A DNA stretch of 64,000 nucleotides from Candidatus Cloacimonadales bacterium. GTDB lineage: Bacteria > Cloacimonadota > Cloacimonadia > Cloacimonadales > JAIOQZ01. This document shows positions 19,243-29,279 of the stretch, piece after piece; the first letter of the stretch is position 1; each line of letters opens with the position of its first letter. The stretch is from the NCBI GenBank assembly GCA_963662655.2, contig CAXXTU010000002.1:800001-864000 (forward strand), given 5' to 3'. The notes beneath the pieces were generated by a model. It saw only the letters and a program-made list of their open reading frames with translations. It made no database searches and was not told the DNA's origin. The translations under genes were made by a program, and so were the position numbers.

Positions 19243-19950
19243 TCAGAAACGGGCTTTTCCGACAGCGATTACCAGAAGGTGATCAATGACAACTCCGATT
19301 AATCCGATCATGACAACATATCGTATCATTTGCGGATACTGGAGGAGAAAACGGAAGTCGAGAAGTCGAAAGCCGATGCCGCTTTGCACGCCCAGCATCT
19401 CGGCTGCGATGATGGAAGTCCATCCCACGCCCCAGAGAATCCTGAACAGGTTTACGATTTCCGGGAGAACGGCCGGGATTTCGATATGGACGAAAACCTC
19501 CATCTCTCCCGCGCCGCAGATTATCGCCTCGTCAATATACTCGCGCGGAACCGAATGGAACATTTCGTACGAAATCACCACCGCGGGAAAGAACATCGCG
19601 ACAGTCATTACCATATAAAGTGGCGGTTCGCCGATGCCGAACCAGATGATCGCAAACGGGAGCCAGACATAAGGCGAGACGTGGCGGACGAAGTTAACGC
19701 CCGGATACAGCAATTGATGAAGCCACTGACGGCTATGCATCAGCTTCCCGATAGTCATTCCGCCGATCCACGAGAGGAAGACGCTAAGCGTCACGCGAAC
19801 CAGCGAAACGGATGCATCGCCAAGTGTTTGCGACAGATCAAGCGGGGCGGAGAATACCTCCGTTAGCGAGATATCAAGGCTGACCGCCATCAGCATTAGC
19901 AATGCCGCGACAAGCAGGTACCCGAAGAGGAAGAAATGCTTCGTTCTCAT
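19243..19950 (-). CDS. ABC transporter permease (SsuC/TauC/NitT family)
   Basis: Multiple TM segments, WLPFAIIWFGIGE, EAA-like loop, IIAAEMLG. Confidence 0.9.
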   Translation of the reverse strand: MRTKHFFLFGYLLVAALLMLMAVSLDISLTEVFSAPLDLSQTLGDASVSLVRVTLSVFLSWIGGMTIGKLMHSRQWLHQLLYPGVNFVRHVSPYVWLPFAIIWFGIGEPPLYMVMTVAMFFPAVVISYEMFHSVPREYIDEAIICGAGEMEVFVHIEIPAVLPEIVNLFRILWGVGWTSIIAAEMLGVQSGIGFRLLDFRFLLQYPQMIRYVVMIGLIGVVIDHLLVIAVGKARF

Positions 19951-20849
19951 TTGCCTTGTATGTTGAAGTAGATTTTCCCTGGATCGACGTCACGCTCGAT
20001 GTACCCGGCATCCATCATCGCCCGGAACGACTCCTTCTCGAAATCAATGCCTTCCGATTCAATGCCGCACTGATAATGCGTGTGGGCTATCGAGTTCTCG
20101 AGAAGACGCTTTGGGATCGGGAAGTATTTTAACGCGACGTAGAGCAATTTTTCTCTGTCTTCCTCCATCTTCTTCACACTGTGGGCGATACCCGCCGCAA
20201 GATTGCGGATGTCCTGCTCATGAACACTCAGGGCCGATTCATGTATCACCAGGTCGCAGCAAGGGTGCTTGGGAAAATAGTCACTGTACCAGCATACGAT
20301 GTGGTAATCCTCCCCCATCTTGAAGATGGGCGGCACGTAGAAACTCAGCGCGTCAACCTCTCCCGCCATTAGCGCGGCAGACATCTCGTTGGGCGAGCGA
20401 AACGCGACGAACTCCCACCCCAGTTTTTCCCTCTTCGAAAGCATACGCGCGAAGATATCGATGGTCGAAGCTCGCAAGACGCCAACTTTCGCCCCTTTCA
20501 GTGACTGGATGTCCTTGTGCTCCTTGCTGGTGAGAATGCCGTCACTTTCCCGCTCCAGGAAAGACGCGATTCTTACGGGATATCCCCTGGAGACATCCGT
20601 CCATGCGTATGTGAACGGCATGATCGCCGCGTCGAGCTTCCCGGCGATAAGCGCTTCGTTGACCTCCCAGCCGGAGCTGAAGTAGTAAATGTCGATCGCT
20701 GACGAATCGATGATACCTTCCTCCAGTCCGTAGAGAACCGGCAAGTGGTTCAAAGAAGGCTGGATCAAGCCCAGCGAAAGCCGCTCGGAATTGTTCCCGC
20801 ATGCTGCGAGAAAGACCAGCGCGACCAAAGCGATAACCATGTTCCTCAT
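19947..20849 (-). CDS. ABC transporter substrate-binding lipoprotein (SsuA/NMT1 family)
   Basis: Lipobox LAAC, ALIAGKLDAA, SLKGAKVGV, ALMAGEVDA, HPCC. Confidence 0.88.
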   Translation of the reverse strand: MRNMVIALVALVFLAACGNNSERLSLGLIQPSLNHLPVLYGLEEGIIDSSAIDIYYFSSGWEVNEALIAGKLDAAIMPFTYAWTDVSRGYPVRIASFLERESDGILTSKEHKDIQSLKGAKVGVLRASTIDIFARMLSKREKLGWEFVAFRSPNEMSAALMAGEVDALSFYVPPIFKMGEDYHIVCWYSDYFPKHPCCDLVIHESALSVHEQDIRNLAAGIAHSVKKMEEDREKLLYVALKYFPIPKRLLENSIAHTHYQCGIESEGIDFEKESFRAMMDAGYIERDVDPGKIYFNIQGK

Positions 20850-20865
20850 AATCACAATCTCCCAT

Positions 20866-20980
20866 AAAAAAAATACCCTGACCGCCTTTTCGGGCAGCCA
20901 GGGTTGCTATAGAATTTCTATATGCCTATTTCTTAACTGTCATCTTATTCCACACTACGCCGTCAAAGGTTCGTGTCAAG
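20866..20980 (-). promoter_or_regulatory. Promoter plus leader with a short uORF and a terminator upstream of the ABC operon
   Basis: TTGACA-16-TAGTGT; uORF MTVKK* (20926-20943); hairpin ACCCTGGCTGCC/GGCGGTCAGGGT plus T run before the RBS. Confidence 0.6.
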
Positions 20981-20996
20981 TGGATTCTTGCAATCC

Positions 20997-21572
20997 TTAC
21001 ATCCTCCAGGCAAGCATAAGAGACATCTGCGTTTGAGTGATGTCGTACTTCTTCTTTGTAAAGGCTGTTTCGAGCGTGCCGGTTTGATAGCGATAAAGCA
21101 AATTCGCCACCAGCTTGTCCCCAAGCACCAATCCACCGCCAATCGCGTAAAACAAACCGCCGTTGACGTCGCCGAGTCCCTCGTATTGATCGTTGGCATA
21201 CATGAAGGCATACCCGATGTTCAGGTTGATCTCGGGATTCAGCGCTTCATCAGGCAAAAAACCTATCTTGCTCGTGATGTAGACGGGCATGAAGCCGAAC
21301 TTGGCGGAGGAACTGGCCCAATCCGCATCGATTCCACGCTCGAATTGGTATTCTCCCGCAAACCCGAGCATGAAGAAATCGGATAATGGGAAGAGGAACT
21401 CCAGTCCAGGTGACAGCCCGAGCTCTGATTCCGCGTCGCCCTCGAACTCGCTGCCGGAAATTTTGTGCGTGCCGGCGAAATCGATGTTGAACGTGAACTG
21501 CCCCCTCGATTCAGCATGAATCATCATGGTACAAAGCGTGAACAGCACGAAAACAATAACGTATCTTCTCAT
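20997..21572 (-). CDS. Outer-membrane beta-barrel protein
   Basis: Signal peptide and alternating aromatic/Gly beta-strands (GLSPGLEF, NLNIGY, GGGL, LLYRY). Confidence 0.75.
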   Translation of the reverse strand: MRRYVIVFVLFTLCTMMIHAESRGQFTFNIDFAGTHKISGSEFEGDAESELGLSPGLEFLFPLSDFFMLGFAGEYQFERGIDADWASSSAKFGFMPVYITSKIGFLPDEALNPEINLNIGYAFMYANDQYEGLGDVNGGLFYAIGGGLVLGDKLVANLLYRYQTGTLETAFTKKKYDITQTQMSLMLAWRM

Positions 21573-21609
21573 GAACATCTCCAGATGCCTATTGTACGAT
21601 GAATGTCGC

Positions 21610-23226
21610 TCATTTATCAAGTTCGATCGTTCGCGTGGCGAGTTTCTGAATGAACCAGCGGTCGTGCGATACGAAGAGGATCGTCCCGGGGTAGCCGTTC
21701 AATGCCTCCTCGAGCTGTTCCCTCGTTTTAAGGTCGAGATGATTCGTCGGCTCGTCCAACAGCAGCACATTGTAACGGGCTACAAGCAGCATTCCGAGCG
21801 CGACCTTGCTCCTCTCGCCGACCGATAGCGTTTCGATTCTCCGGTTGACGATGTCCTCGCCGATGTTCAGGCAACCCATCACGGTGCGAACGAACGATTG
21901 ATCTTCGTGGTTGGCAGTCAGGAAATCGATGACCGTTTTATCCATATCAAGCTGGCGGTGCTCCTGATCGTAATACCCGATGTGCAGCCTCCCGCTTCGG
22001 GAAATTTCGCCTTCATCCGGTTGAAGCATGCCGTGCAGCAATCGCATGAAAGTCGTCTTCCCCGAGCCGTTGCGGCCCTTCAGGTGGATGCGATCTTTCT
22101 TGTAGATGTGCAGCGTTTTATCGCTGAAGATTTGATTCGTCCCATAGGAGAAGGATACGCCCAGTATGCCGAAGACCACGTTGGAGGGTGGTGCGGCGAT
22201 ATCGAACTGGATGCGGTGGTTCTTCTCGATCCACGGCTTTTCGATGGGGAATCGCTCTTCAAGCATCTTCATGCGTTCCTCGATATGCTTGGCTTGCTGC
22301 ATCATGGTGCGCGCGGGATTCACGATCGATTCGTAGATCGCTCCCCCACCTTCGGAACGGGTCTCGGGCTGGAACTTGGATGCCCACTGCCTCCGCTTGA
22401 GAGCCGCGTCGTGCAACTGACGTATCTTCTTCTGGCGCTCGTCCCATTTCTCGAGTTGGTGGTGCTTCTCGTCCTCGCGGGATTCCTTGTAGGTGCTGTA
22501 ATCGCCTCTGCGCATAACGACTCCTTCCCGCTCGAACGCGATCAAGCGCTGAGCGGTGTTGTCGATGAACGCGCGATCGTGCGAGATGGCGATGACCGTG
22601 CCGGAGAAGCGGTTGATGAACTCCTCAAGCCAGCGGACCATTTCGATTTCAAGGTGATTGGTGGGTTCGTCCAGGAGCAGGATGTCGGGATTTGTTACGA
22701 GCAATCGAGCGATCGCCACGCGAGTTTTCTCCCCACCGGAGAGATCACGGTAAATCCGCTGATGAAACGATTCCTCCAATCCCACGTCAGCCAACGCTCG
22801 TGCGCAACGGGCATCGATATCCCAGCCGTTTTCCTGCGAAAACCGGTCCAGAAGCTCGCCGTATTCTCGCTGGACGTTTTCATCGTGGGGATTCGAGGAA
22901 ACCTCCTTCTCCAGCGTGCGCAGTTTGTTACGCATGACAAACAGATGCGCGAACGTTTCCCGGCACATCTCCAATACGGATTTGTCCTCGTCGAACGAGA
23001 AATGTTGCGGGAGGTAGCCGATGACCGGCCTTTCTCTCGGGAAATGGATTTTTCCGCTTGTTGGATTCAGCTCGCTCAGTAGCAACCTGGCGAATGTTGT
23101 TTTACCGCAGCCGTTCGCGCCGATAACGGCGATTCGGTCCCTCTCGACAATGTCGAGCGAGAGATCGGCAAAAACCGGCTCGGATTGATTTGGATAACAG
23201 AATGTAACGTGCTCAAAACGCAGCAT
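21610..23226 (-). CDS. ABC-F ATPase (ribosome-protection-like)
   Basis: Two NBDs (GANGCGKTT/LSGGE/LLLDEPTNHL; GRNGSGKTT/LSVGE/LLLDEPTNHL), long interdomain linker, no TM segments. Confidence 0.93.
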   Translation of the reverse strand: MLRFEHVTFCYPNQSEPVFADLSLDIVERDRIAVIGANGCGKTTFARLLLSELNPTSGKIHFPRERPVIGYLPQHFSFDEDKSVLEMCRETFAHLFVMRNKLRTLEKEVSSNPHDENVQREYGELLDRFSQENGWDIDARCARALADVGLEESFHQRIYRDLSGGEKTRVAIARLLVTNPDILLLDEPTNHLEIEMVRWLEEFINRFSGTVIAISHDRAFIDNTAQRLIAFEREGVVMRRGDYSTYKESREDEKHHQLEKWDERQKKIRQLHDAALKRRQWASKFQPETRSEGGGAIYESIVNPARTMMQQAKHIEERMKMLEERFPIEKPWIEKNHRIQFDIAAPPSNVVFGILGVSFSYGTNQIFSDKTLHIYKKDRIHLKGRNGSGKTTFMRLLHGMLQPDEGEISRSGRLHIGYYDQEHRQLDMDKTVIDFLTANHEDQSFVRTVMGCLNIGEDIVNRRIETLSVGERSKVALGMLLVARYNVLLLDEPTNHLDLKTREQLEEALNGYPGTILFVSHDRWFIQKLATRTIELDK

Positions 23227-23310
23227 AAGTACTCCTTCCCTGTAAAAATGTCTTTCTGTATTCGGGAGTCGTACTTATTCTTTCATTGGTTCTTCCAACC
23301 TTCCTTTCGC
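23226..23310 (-). promoter_or_regulatory. Putative ribosome-dependent translational attenuator
   Basis: uORF ATG AAA GAA TAA (23275-23286); TAAGTA(CGA)CTCC can pair with GGAGTACTTA at the ABC-F RBS/start. Confidence 0.65.
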
Positions 23311-23496
23311 GTTTCTGATGACAAATTATTCATTTGGGCAAAACGCGCAAGCATTTTATTGAGTCGAATGTAACTTATCAGGAACAGAAGATTGAATGTT
23401 TGGTGAGGGGTTTCACCATTTTTCATTGACAGATTCGACGAGAATGAACAAGTTTAATATCCAGTATTTCCTAATTTGGTGCAAAGGTGTAATTGA

Positions 23497-25125
23497 ATGG
23501 CTTATAAGGTTTTAGCAAGAAAGTACAGGCCGCAGCGCTTCGATGATGTGTATGCTCAGGAACATATCACGAAGACGCTCACGAACGCGATTAATATGCA
23601 ACGCATCGCGCACGCGTATCTATTTACGGGACCTCGCGGCGTTGGCAAGACATCCATGGCGCGGATCCTCGCAAAAAGCCTCAATTGCATCCACGGCCCC
23701 ACCCCCGCCCCCTGCAACGTTTGCGATAACTGCACGGAAATCACGGCGGGAACATCCTCGGATGTGATCGAAATCGACGGCGCTTCCAACACGAGCGTGG
23801 AGGATGTCCGCGATCTCCAGCGCGAGCTGATGTACGCCACTTCGAAATCGAAGTATAAAATCTACATTATTGACGAAGTTCACATGCTATCCAAGAGCGC
23901 ATTCAACGCGCTGCTCAAAACGCTCGAAGAGCCACCCGAGAACGTGATTTTCATCTTCGCGACGACCGAGCCGCACAAGATTCTGCCGACCATCATCTCC
24001 CGCTGCCAGCGATACGATTTCAAACGTATTCCCGTGGAAGACATCGTAAAACAGATGAAGGCCATCGGCGAATCGGAAGAGATCACCATCGAAGAGGACG
24101 CGCTTTACACCGTGGCTCGCAAGGCCGACGGCAGTATGCGAGACGCCCTCTCCCTGATGGATCAGGTGATCTCCTACGGCAGCTCGCAAATCACCGGTGA
24201 ACTGGTGCAGTCCATCTTCGGCATCCTCCCCATCGAGACCTACATCGATATGCTGGACAGAATCCAGAAACGCGATTCGACGGGACTATTGGTCAGCCTG
24301 CGCTTGCTTCTCGACAACGGCAACGATTTGCAGGAATTCCTCAACGGTTTTCTGGACACGATCCGCAACTTGTTGCTGCTCAAGATCGGCGTGAACCTGC
24401 ACGAGCTCCCGAAAACGATCGTCCGCGAATTGAAATTCCGGGGCGAGAAGTTCACCGAAAACGATCTGCTCTACATGATCTCGCTGCTGATCAAGGCAAA
24501 GACGGACGCGCGTTTCGGAAGCGACCCGGTGCTCCTGACCGAGATGGTATTCATCAAACTCACACGCATCTCGGAAATCCAGTCATTGGACAAGATGCTC
24601 GAACTCCTCGATAAACAGCCATCTCCGCAACCGCAGGAACAGGAATCGTTCGCCCAGGTTCAAAAAGAGATTTTGCATTACACAAAGGAGCGAGAGACGG
24701 AGAACCTGGTTAAGGAAGTGACCGAGGAGAAGCCTGCGATTCAGGAGCTTACCCCCGAATACGTGCAGAACAACTGGGAGGGATTGATCAAGAAGCTCGA
24801 GAAAGAGCGCAAGAAACTCTCGTCGATATACCTCCAGGAAGGAACCGTTCTCGATGTCCGCTCCAACACGATCATGGTCGAGCTGAAGAGCCCCACCGCG
24901 ATCAACTCGCTTGAACGGAGCATCGATGATATACAGGCGTGCGCCCAGAAACATTTCGGCATCAAGCCCCGTTTCAAATTCACGGTGAAGGAAGCTGAAG
25001 AGGAGCAGTACATTCTGAATCCCACCCTCGAACAGATACGCGAAGAGACGCCGGAGCTCGCCGATTTCATCGAAATGACCAAATCGAAGGTCGAATCCCG
25101 CACGCCCACGAAATTCAAGCAATAA
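23497..25125 (+). CDS. dnaX: DNA polymerase III subunit gamma/tau
   Basis: LARKYRPQ, GPRGVGKT, IIDEVHML, LLKTLEEPP, SRCQ, GSMRDALS. Confidence 0.98.
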   Translation: MAYKVLARKYRPQRFDDVYAQEHITKTLTNAINMQRIAHAYLFTGPRGVGKTSMARILAKSLNCIHGPTPAPCNVCDNCTEITAGTSSDVIEIDGASNTSVEDVRDLQRELMYATSKSKYKIYIIDEVHMLSKSAFNALLKTLEEPPENVIFIFATTEPHKILPTIISRCQRYDFKRIPVEDIVKQMKAIGESEEITIEEDALYTVARKADGSMRDALSLMDQVISYGSSQITGELVQSIFGILPIETYIDMLDRIQKRDSTGLLVSLRLLLDNGNDLQEFLNGFLDTIRNLLLLKIGVNLHELPKTIVRELKFRGEKFTENDLLYMISLLIKAKTDARFGSDPVLLTEMVFIKLTRISEIQSLDKMLELLDKQPSPQPQEQESFAQVQKEILHYTKERETENLVKEVTEEKPAIQELTPEYVQNNWEGLIKKLEKERKKLSSIYLQEGTVLDVRSNTIMVELKSPTAINSLERSIDDIQACAQKHFGIKPRFKFTVKEAEEEQYILNPTLEQIREETPELADFIEMTKSKVESRTPTKFKQ

Positions 25126-26216
25126 TGGTAACGCTCTTCGTTCTGACCTGGCTATACGTTTTTCTGCTGCTCTTCCTCGCCTTTGGGATTCTCCTCAATC
25201 GCAAGCCCGATCATCAATTCATCCGGAAAATTTCTGTCATCATAGCCGCCCGGAACGAGGAGAAGGATATCCCCCATCTTCTGGATGCGCTTTCGAAGCA
25301 GGATTACCCCCCCGACCAATTCGAGGTCGTCCTCGCCGACGACCGTTCCGAGGACGCGACATACAGTATCATGCAGGCGTTTTCCGAGAAGTTCGAGAAT
25401 TTCTCCTGCGTGAGAGTTACCGATAGCGACGAGGGATTTCCCGGAAAGAAACGCGCGCTGGACAAGGCGATCAGGCATTCCAGCGGCGATATACTGGCTT
25501 TCACCGACGCGGATTGCCGCCCGGGGGCAAGCTGGCTGAGCGAGGTTAACGGCCACTTCGACATGGACAAGGATTTCATTGCGGGGTATTCTCCGCTGAT
25601 AACCTCCTCCGGAAAATTCATCGACGGCTTGAAGAACCTCGAGAGAGCCTCCATCTTCGCCGTATCGGCAGGAAGCATGGGCTGGAATTGGGGTATGACC
25701 TGCACCGCGCGTAACATCGCTTATACCCGCAAACTCTACAACGAGGTCGAAGGATTTTCCGGTATCGACCACATCCTCTCCGGCGACGACGACCTCATGC
25801 TGCAGAAGGTATCCAAATCATGCACATCCAAGCGATTCATGTTCACGCAGGAATCTATCGTCCCATCCTACGAGAACGACGACCTCTCCGTTCAGTTTCA
25901 GCGTGAGCAGAGACGGGCTTCAAAATTCATGTCGTATTCATCTAGCGTCAAATGGGTTGCAATACTCGTTCTCGTGTATTACTTCAGCATGATAGTCAGC
26001 TTGATTCCTCTTGCATGCGGTTACAATAGCTGGGCGCTTTATTTCAAGTTGTTTGGACTGAAAGCGGCCTCGGAGCTGCTGCTGCTCAGCATTTTTCTTA
26101 TCCGGATCAAGCGCATCGAGTATCTGCGATGTTTCCTCCCCGCGGAGATTCTCTATATACCTTATTTTATCTATTTCGGAATCCGCGGCACGCTGGGCAA
26201 GTACCGCTGGAGATAA
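25125..26216 (+). CDS. Family 2 glycosyltransferase, membrane-bound
   Basis: SVIIAARNEE, DDRSED, FTDAD, GDDD; flanking TM segments. Confidence 0.92.
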   Translation: MVTLFVLTWLYVFLLLFLAFGILLNRKPDHQFIRKISVIIAARNEEKDIPHLLDALSKQDYPPDQFEVVLADDRSEDATYSIMQAFSEKFENFSCVRVTDSDEGFPGKKRALDKAIRHSSGDILAFTDADCRPGASWLSEVNGHFDMDKDFIAGYSPLITSSGKFIDGLKNLERASIFAVSAGSMGWNWGMTCTARNIAYTRKLYNEVEGFSGIDHILSGDDDLMLQKVSKSCTSKRFMFTQESIVPSYENDDLSVQFQREQRRASKFMSYSSSVKWVAILVLVYYFSMIVSLIPLACGYNSWALYFKLFGLKAASELLLLSIFLIRIKRIEYLRCFLPAEILYIPYFIYFGIRGTLGKYRWR

Positions 26217-26347
26217 CCGGTTAAAATAACATCAACGATGCCATCGCTATAACCGAATATATTCCGAAAAAAAGATATTCTCGTTGACAATTAGAGCCAA
26301 AGAAGTAAGGGGTGTCACAATAAAGAAGAACTAGAAAGGAGTAAGTC

Positions 26348-26551
26348 ATGCCGCGAGTTACAATCGATCCTAATTATTGCAAGGGTTGTGGATTATGCAT
26401 CAATGCATGTCCCAAGAAAATCCTGCGATTCTCAGAGAACATTAACCAGAAGGGTTACCACTATGCGGAATGTTTTGATCCGGATACCTGTATCGCATGC
26501 AGATTCTGTTTCACGGTCTGCCCTGATGTCGCAATAACAATCGAGAAATAA
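26348..26551 (+). CDS. 2[4Fe-4S] ferredoxin-like delta subunit
   Basis: CKGCGLCINACP, CIACRFCFTVCPD; RBS AAGGAG. Confidence 0.92.
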   Translation: MPRVTIDPNYCKGCGLCINACPKKILRFSENINQKGYHYAECFDPDTCIACRFCFTVCPDVAITIEK

Positions 26552-26563
26552 ACGGAGGCTCTC

Positions 26564-27640
26564 ATGAAGGTTTTGATGAAAGGAAACGAAGCCGTTGCTG
26601 AAGCCGCCATACGTGCTGGCTGTCGTCTTTACTTTGCTTACCCGATCACCCCGCAAAGCGAATTGATCGAATACATGGCAAAAATGATGCCCAAGGTAGG
26701 CGGAACATTCTTACAGGCGGAAAGCGAAGTTGCCGCCATTAACATGGTCTACGGCGCTGCCGGATGCGGCAGACGCGTTATGACCTCTTCTTCCTCACCC
26801 GGAATATCCCTCAAGATGGAAGGTATTTCGTACATTGCCGGCGCGAAGCTCCCGGCCGTGATCGTCAACGTTCAGCGTGGAGGCCCAGGTCTTGGCGATA
26901 TCGCTCCCGCACAGGGTGATTACTTTCAGGCAACCAAGGGCGGCGGTCATGGCGATTACCATTGCATCGTCCTTGCGCCCAGCACAGTACAGGAATTTGC
27001 CGACATGGCGAGCCTGGCGTTCGACCTCGCCGACAAATACAGAAATCCTGCGATGATTCTCTCGGACGGGCTTCTCGGCCAGATGATGGAACCGGTTGAA
27101 TTTGCCGAGCCCAAGACGCAGGAAGAAATCGACAAGCTCAACGAGCAGCACAAAGCTTGGATGATGCAACCCAACGAGGACGAACCGAACCACCATCATC
27201 ACGAGATCAACTCGCTCGAGATCGATCCCGAAGTGCTTGAAAAACACGTAGAAGGACTCCTCGAAGTTTATAAGGAGATCGAGAAGAACGAACTCCGCTG
27301 GGAAGAATACAATCTCTCGGACGATAACGAGATTCTCTGCGTGGCATACGGCACCGCTTCACGTATCGTGAAATCGGCTGTCGACACGCTCAAGGCGGAA
27401 GGAATAAATGTTGGTCTGATCCGCCCGATCACCGTGTGGCCTTACCCCTACAAGGCGATCGCAGACGCGCTTCACGACAAAATCAAGAAAGTCATCGTGT
27501 TCGAATACAACTCGGGACAGATGCTCGAAGACGTTAAACTGGCTGTCAACGGCAAGAGAGAAGTCGAATTCCTCGGCAAGGTCGGCGGCATTGTCTTCAC
27601 TCCCGAAGAAGCCAAAGCGAAAATCGAAGAGAATTTGTAG
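26564..27640 (+). CDS. 2-ketoisovalerate-type 2-oxoacid:ferredoxin oxidoreductase alpha subunit (VorB-like)
   Basis: MKGNEAVAEAA, AYPITPQSE, QAESEVAA, TSSSSPG, RGGPGLG, KGGGHGDY. Confidence 0.9.
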   Translation: MKVLMKGNEAVAEAAIRAGCRLYFAYPITPQSELIEYMAKMMPKVGGTFLQAESEVAAINMVYGAAGCGRRVMTSSSSPGISLKMEGISYIAGAKLPAVIVNVQRGGPGLGDIAPAQGDYFQATKGGGHGDYHCIVLAPSTVQEFADMASLAFDLADKYRNPAMILSDGLLGQMMEPVEFAEPKTQEEIDKLNEQHKAWMMQPNEDEPNHHHHEINSLEIDPEVLEKHVEGLLEVYKEIEKNELRWEEYNLSDDNEILCVAYGTASRIVKSAVDTLKAEGINVGLIRPITVWPYPYKAIADALHDKIKKVIVFEYNSGQMLEDVKLAVNGKREVEFLGKVGGIVFTPEEAKAKIEENL

Positions 27641-27649
27641 GAGGAACAC

Positions 27650-28405
27650 ATGCAGGTTATTGCAAAACGACCCGAATCACTTACCAAACTGAATTTCACC
27701 TATTGCCCGGGCTGTACGCACGGTATCGCGCATCGTCTGATCGCAGAAGCCATTGATGAACTCGGCCTTCGCAACCAGATGATGGGCGTCGCACCGGTGG
27801 GCTGCTCCGTGTTTGCGTATAAATTCTTCAATTGCGATATGGCGGAAGCGGCGCACGGTCGCGCTCCCGCTGTTGCAACCGGAATGAAAAGAGCAAGACC
27901 CGACATGCACGTCTTCACCTACCAGGGTGACGGCGACCTCGCGGCGATCGGTACTGCAGAAATCATCCACGCGGCGAACCGCGGCGAGAAGATATCCGTG
28001 TTCTTCGTCAACAACGCGATCTACGGAATGACCGGCGGCCAGATGGCCCCGACCACGCTGCCGGGAATGAAGACAAGCACTTCTCCCTACGGACGCGACG
28101 CGCAGGACATCGGATACCCTATCCAGGTCTGCGAACTCCTGAACTCGCTCAACGCGCCGTACTACATCGAGAGAGTCTCGCTGCTCTCCGCACCGGACGT
28201 CATGAAGGCCAAGAAAGCCGTGACCAAAGCCATGACCTACAACAAGGAAAATCGCGGATTCACATTCGTCGAATTCGTTTCAACCTGTCCTACCAACTGG
28301 GGGATGACAGCGGTTGACTCACTGCAGTGGGCCAAAGACAACATGCTGCCGACATTCAAGTTGGGCATGTTCCGCGATCGCGGCGCTGAAGGAGGTGACA
28401 AATGA
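27650..28405 (+). CDS. 2-oxoacid:ferredoxin oxidoreductase beta subunit (Vor-like)
   Basis: YCPGCTHG, PVGCS, HGRAPAVATG, YQGDGDLA, CPTNW. Confidence 0.9.
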   Translation: MQVIAKRPESLTKLNFTYCPGCTHGIAHRLIAEAIDELGLRNQMMGVAPVGCSVFAYKFFNCDMAEAAHGRAPAVATGMKRARPDMHVFTYQGDGDLAAIGTAEIIHAANRGEKISVFFVNNAIYGMTGGQMAPTTLPGMKTSTSPYGRDAQDIGYPIQVCELLNSLNAPYYIERVSLLSAPDVMKAKKAVTKAMTYNKENRGFTFVEFVSTCPTNWGMTAVDSLQWAKDNMLPTFKLGMFRDRGAEGGDK

Positions 28406-28938
28406 AAGCTGACATCGTCTGCTCAGGATTTGGCGGTCAGGGAGCCCTGACATTCGGAAAATTCCTGGCCCTCGCCGGGATGAAAGAAGGCAAGAACGTT
28501 TCCTGGCTTCCTTCGTACGGACCGGAGATGCGTGGCGGTACGGCCAACGTCGCGGTTGTTATCGCCGACGAGCCGGTTGCTTCACCGCTCGTTACCAAGA
28601 TGGACATCCTTGTCGCGCTCAACCAGCCATCGCTGGACAAGTTCGGCTCAAGCGTTCGTCCAGGCGGGTTGATCATCGTCAACGAAGACATGTGCCCGAA
28701 CAAGGTCGAGCTCGAAGGCGTACGGATCGTTTACGTTCCCATGTCGAAGATCGCTAACGAGATCGGAAGCCCGAAGGTTCTAAACATGGTAGCAATTGGA
28801 ACGTTGCTCGCTAACAACGAGATGGTGAAATTCGACACCGTCATGGACGAGCTTGCCGCAACACTCGGCAAGAAGCGCCCGGACCTGCTCGAACTCAACG
28901 AGAAGGCCATCAAAAAAGGTATGGAATACAAGGCGTAA
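28402..28938 (+). CDS. 2-oxoacid:ferredoxin oxidoreductase gamma subunit
   Basis: SGFGGQG, WLPSYGPEMRGGTA. Confidence 0.92.
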   Translation: MKADIVCSGFGGQGALTFGKFLALAGMKEGKNVSWLPSYGPEMRGGTANVAVVIADEPVASPLVTKMDILVALNQPSLDKFGSSVRPGGLIIVNEDMCPNKVELEGVRIVYVPMSKIANEIGSPKVLNMVAIGTLLANNEMVKFDTVMDELAATLGKKRPDLLELNEKAIKKGMEYKA

Positions 28939-28956
28939 CCGCCTCGATCTATATAC

Positions 28957-28998
28957 AAACTCCCGCCGGTCATTCGATCAGCGGGAGTTTTTTTATTG
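28957..28998 (+). terminator. Intrinsic terminator
   Basis: AAACTCCCGC...GCGGGAGTTTTTTT. Confidence 0.85.
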
Positions 28999-29279
28999 GA
29001 ACACGGATGTCCTGATCCGCGTGCAATGAGCGGTCTTGATTGGTGAAACAATGGCATCAATCCAAGAAAGCTATATCGAGTGTCTGCCAGGTAGAGAATA
29101 AATCGACCGATTCCTTTCAGTGTCATCTCATAGCATCCAACCTCTGTTCCTGATTTGGTACGGCGGATTTTATTTGACAGCTTCATCGTTATATTGCGTA
29201 ATTTGCGACATACTATTACTGCCTCAATATGTATCTCATGTTGGAAATACGCTGTTGGATAATTCGGAGGAATAACTGA

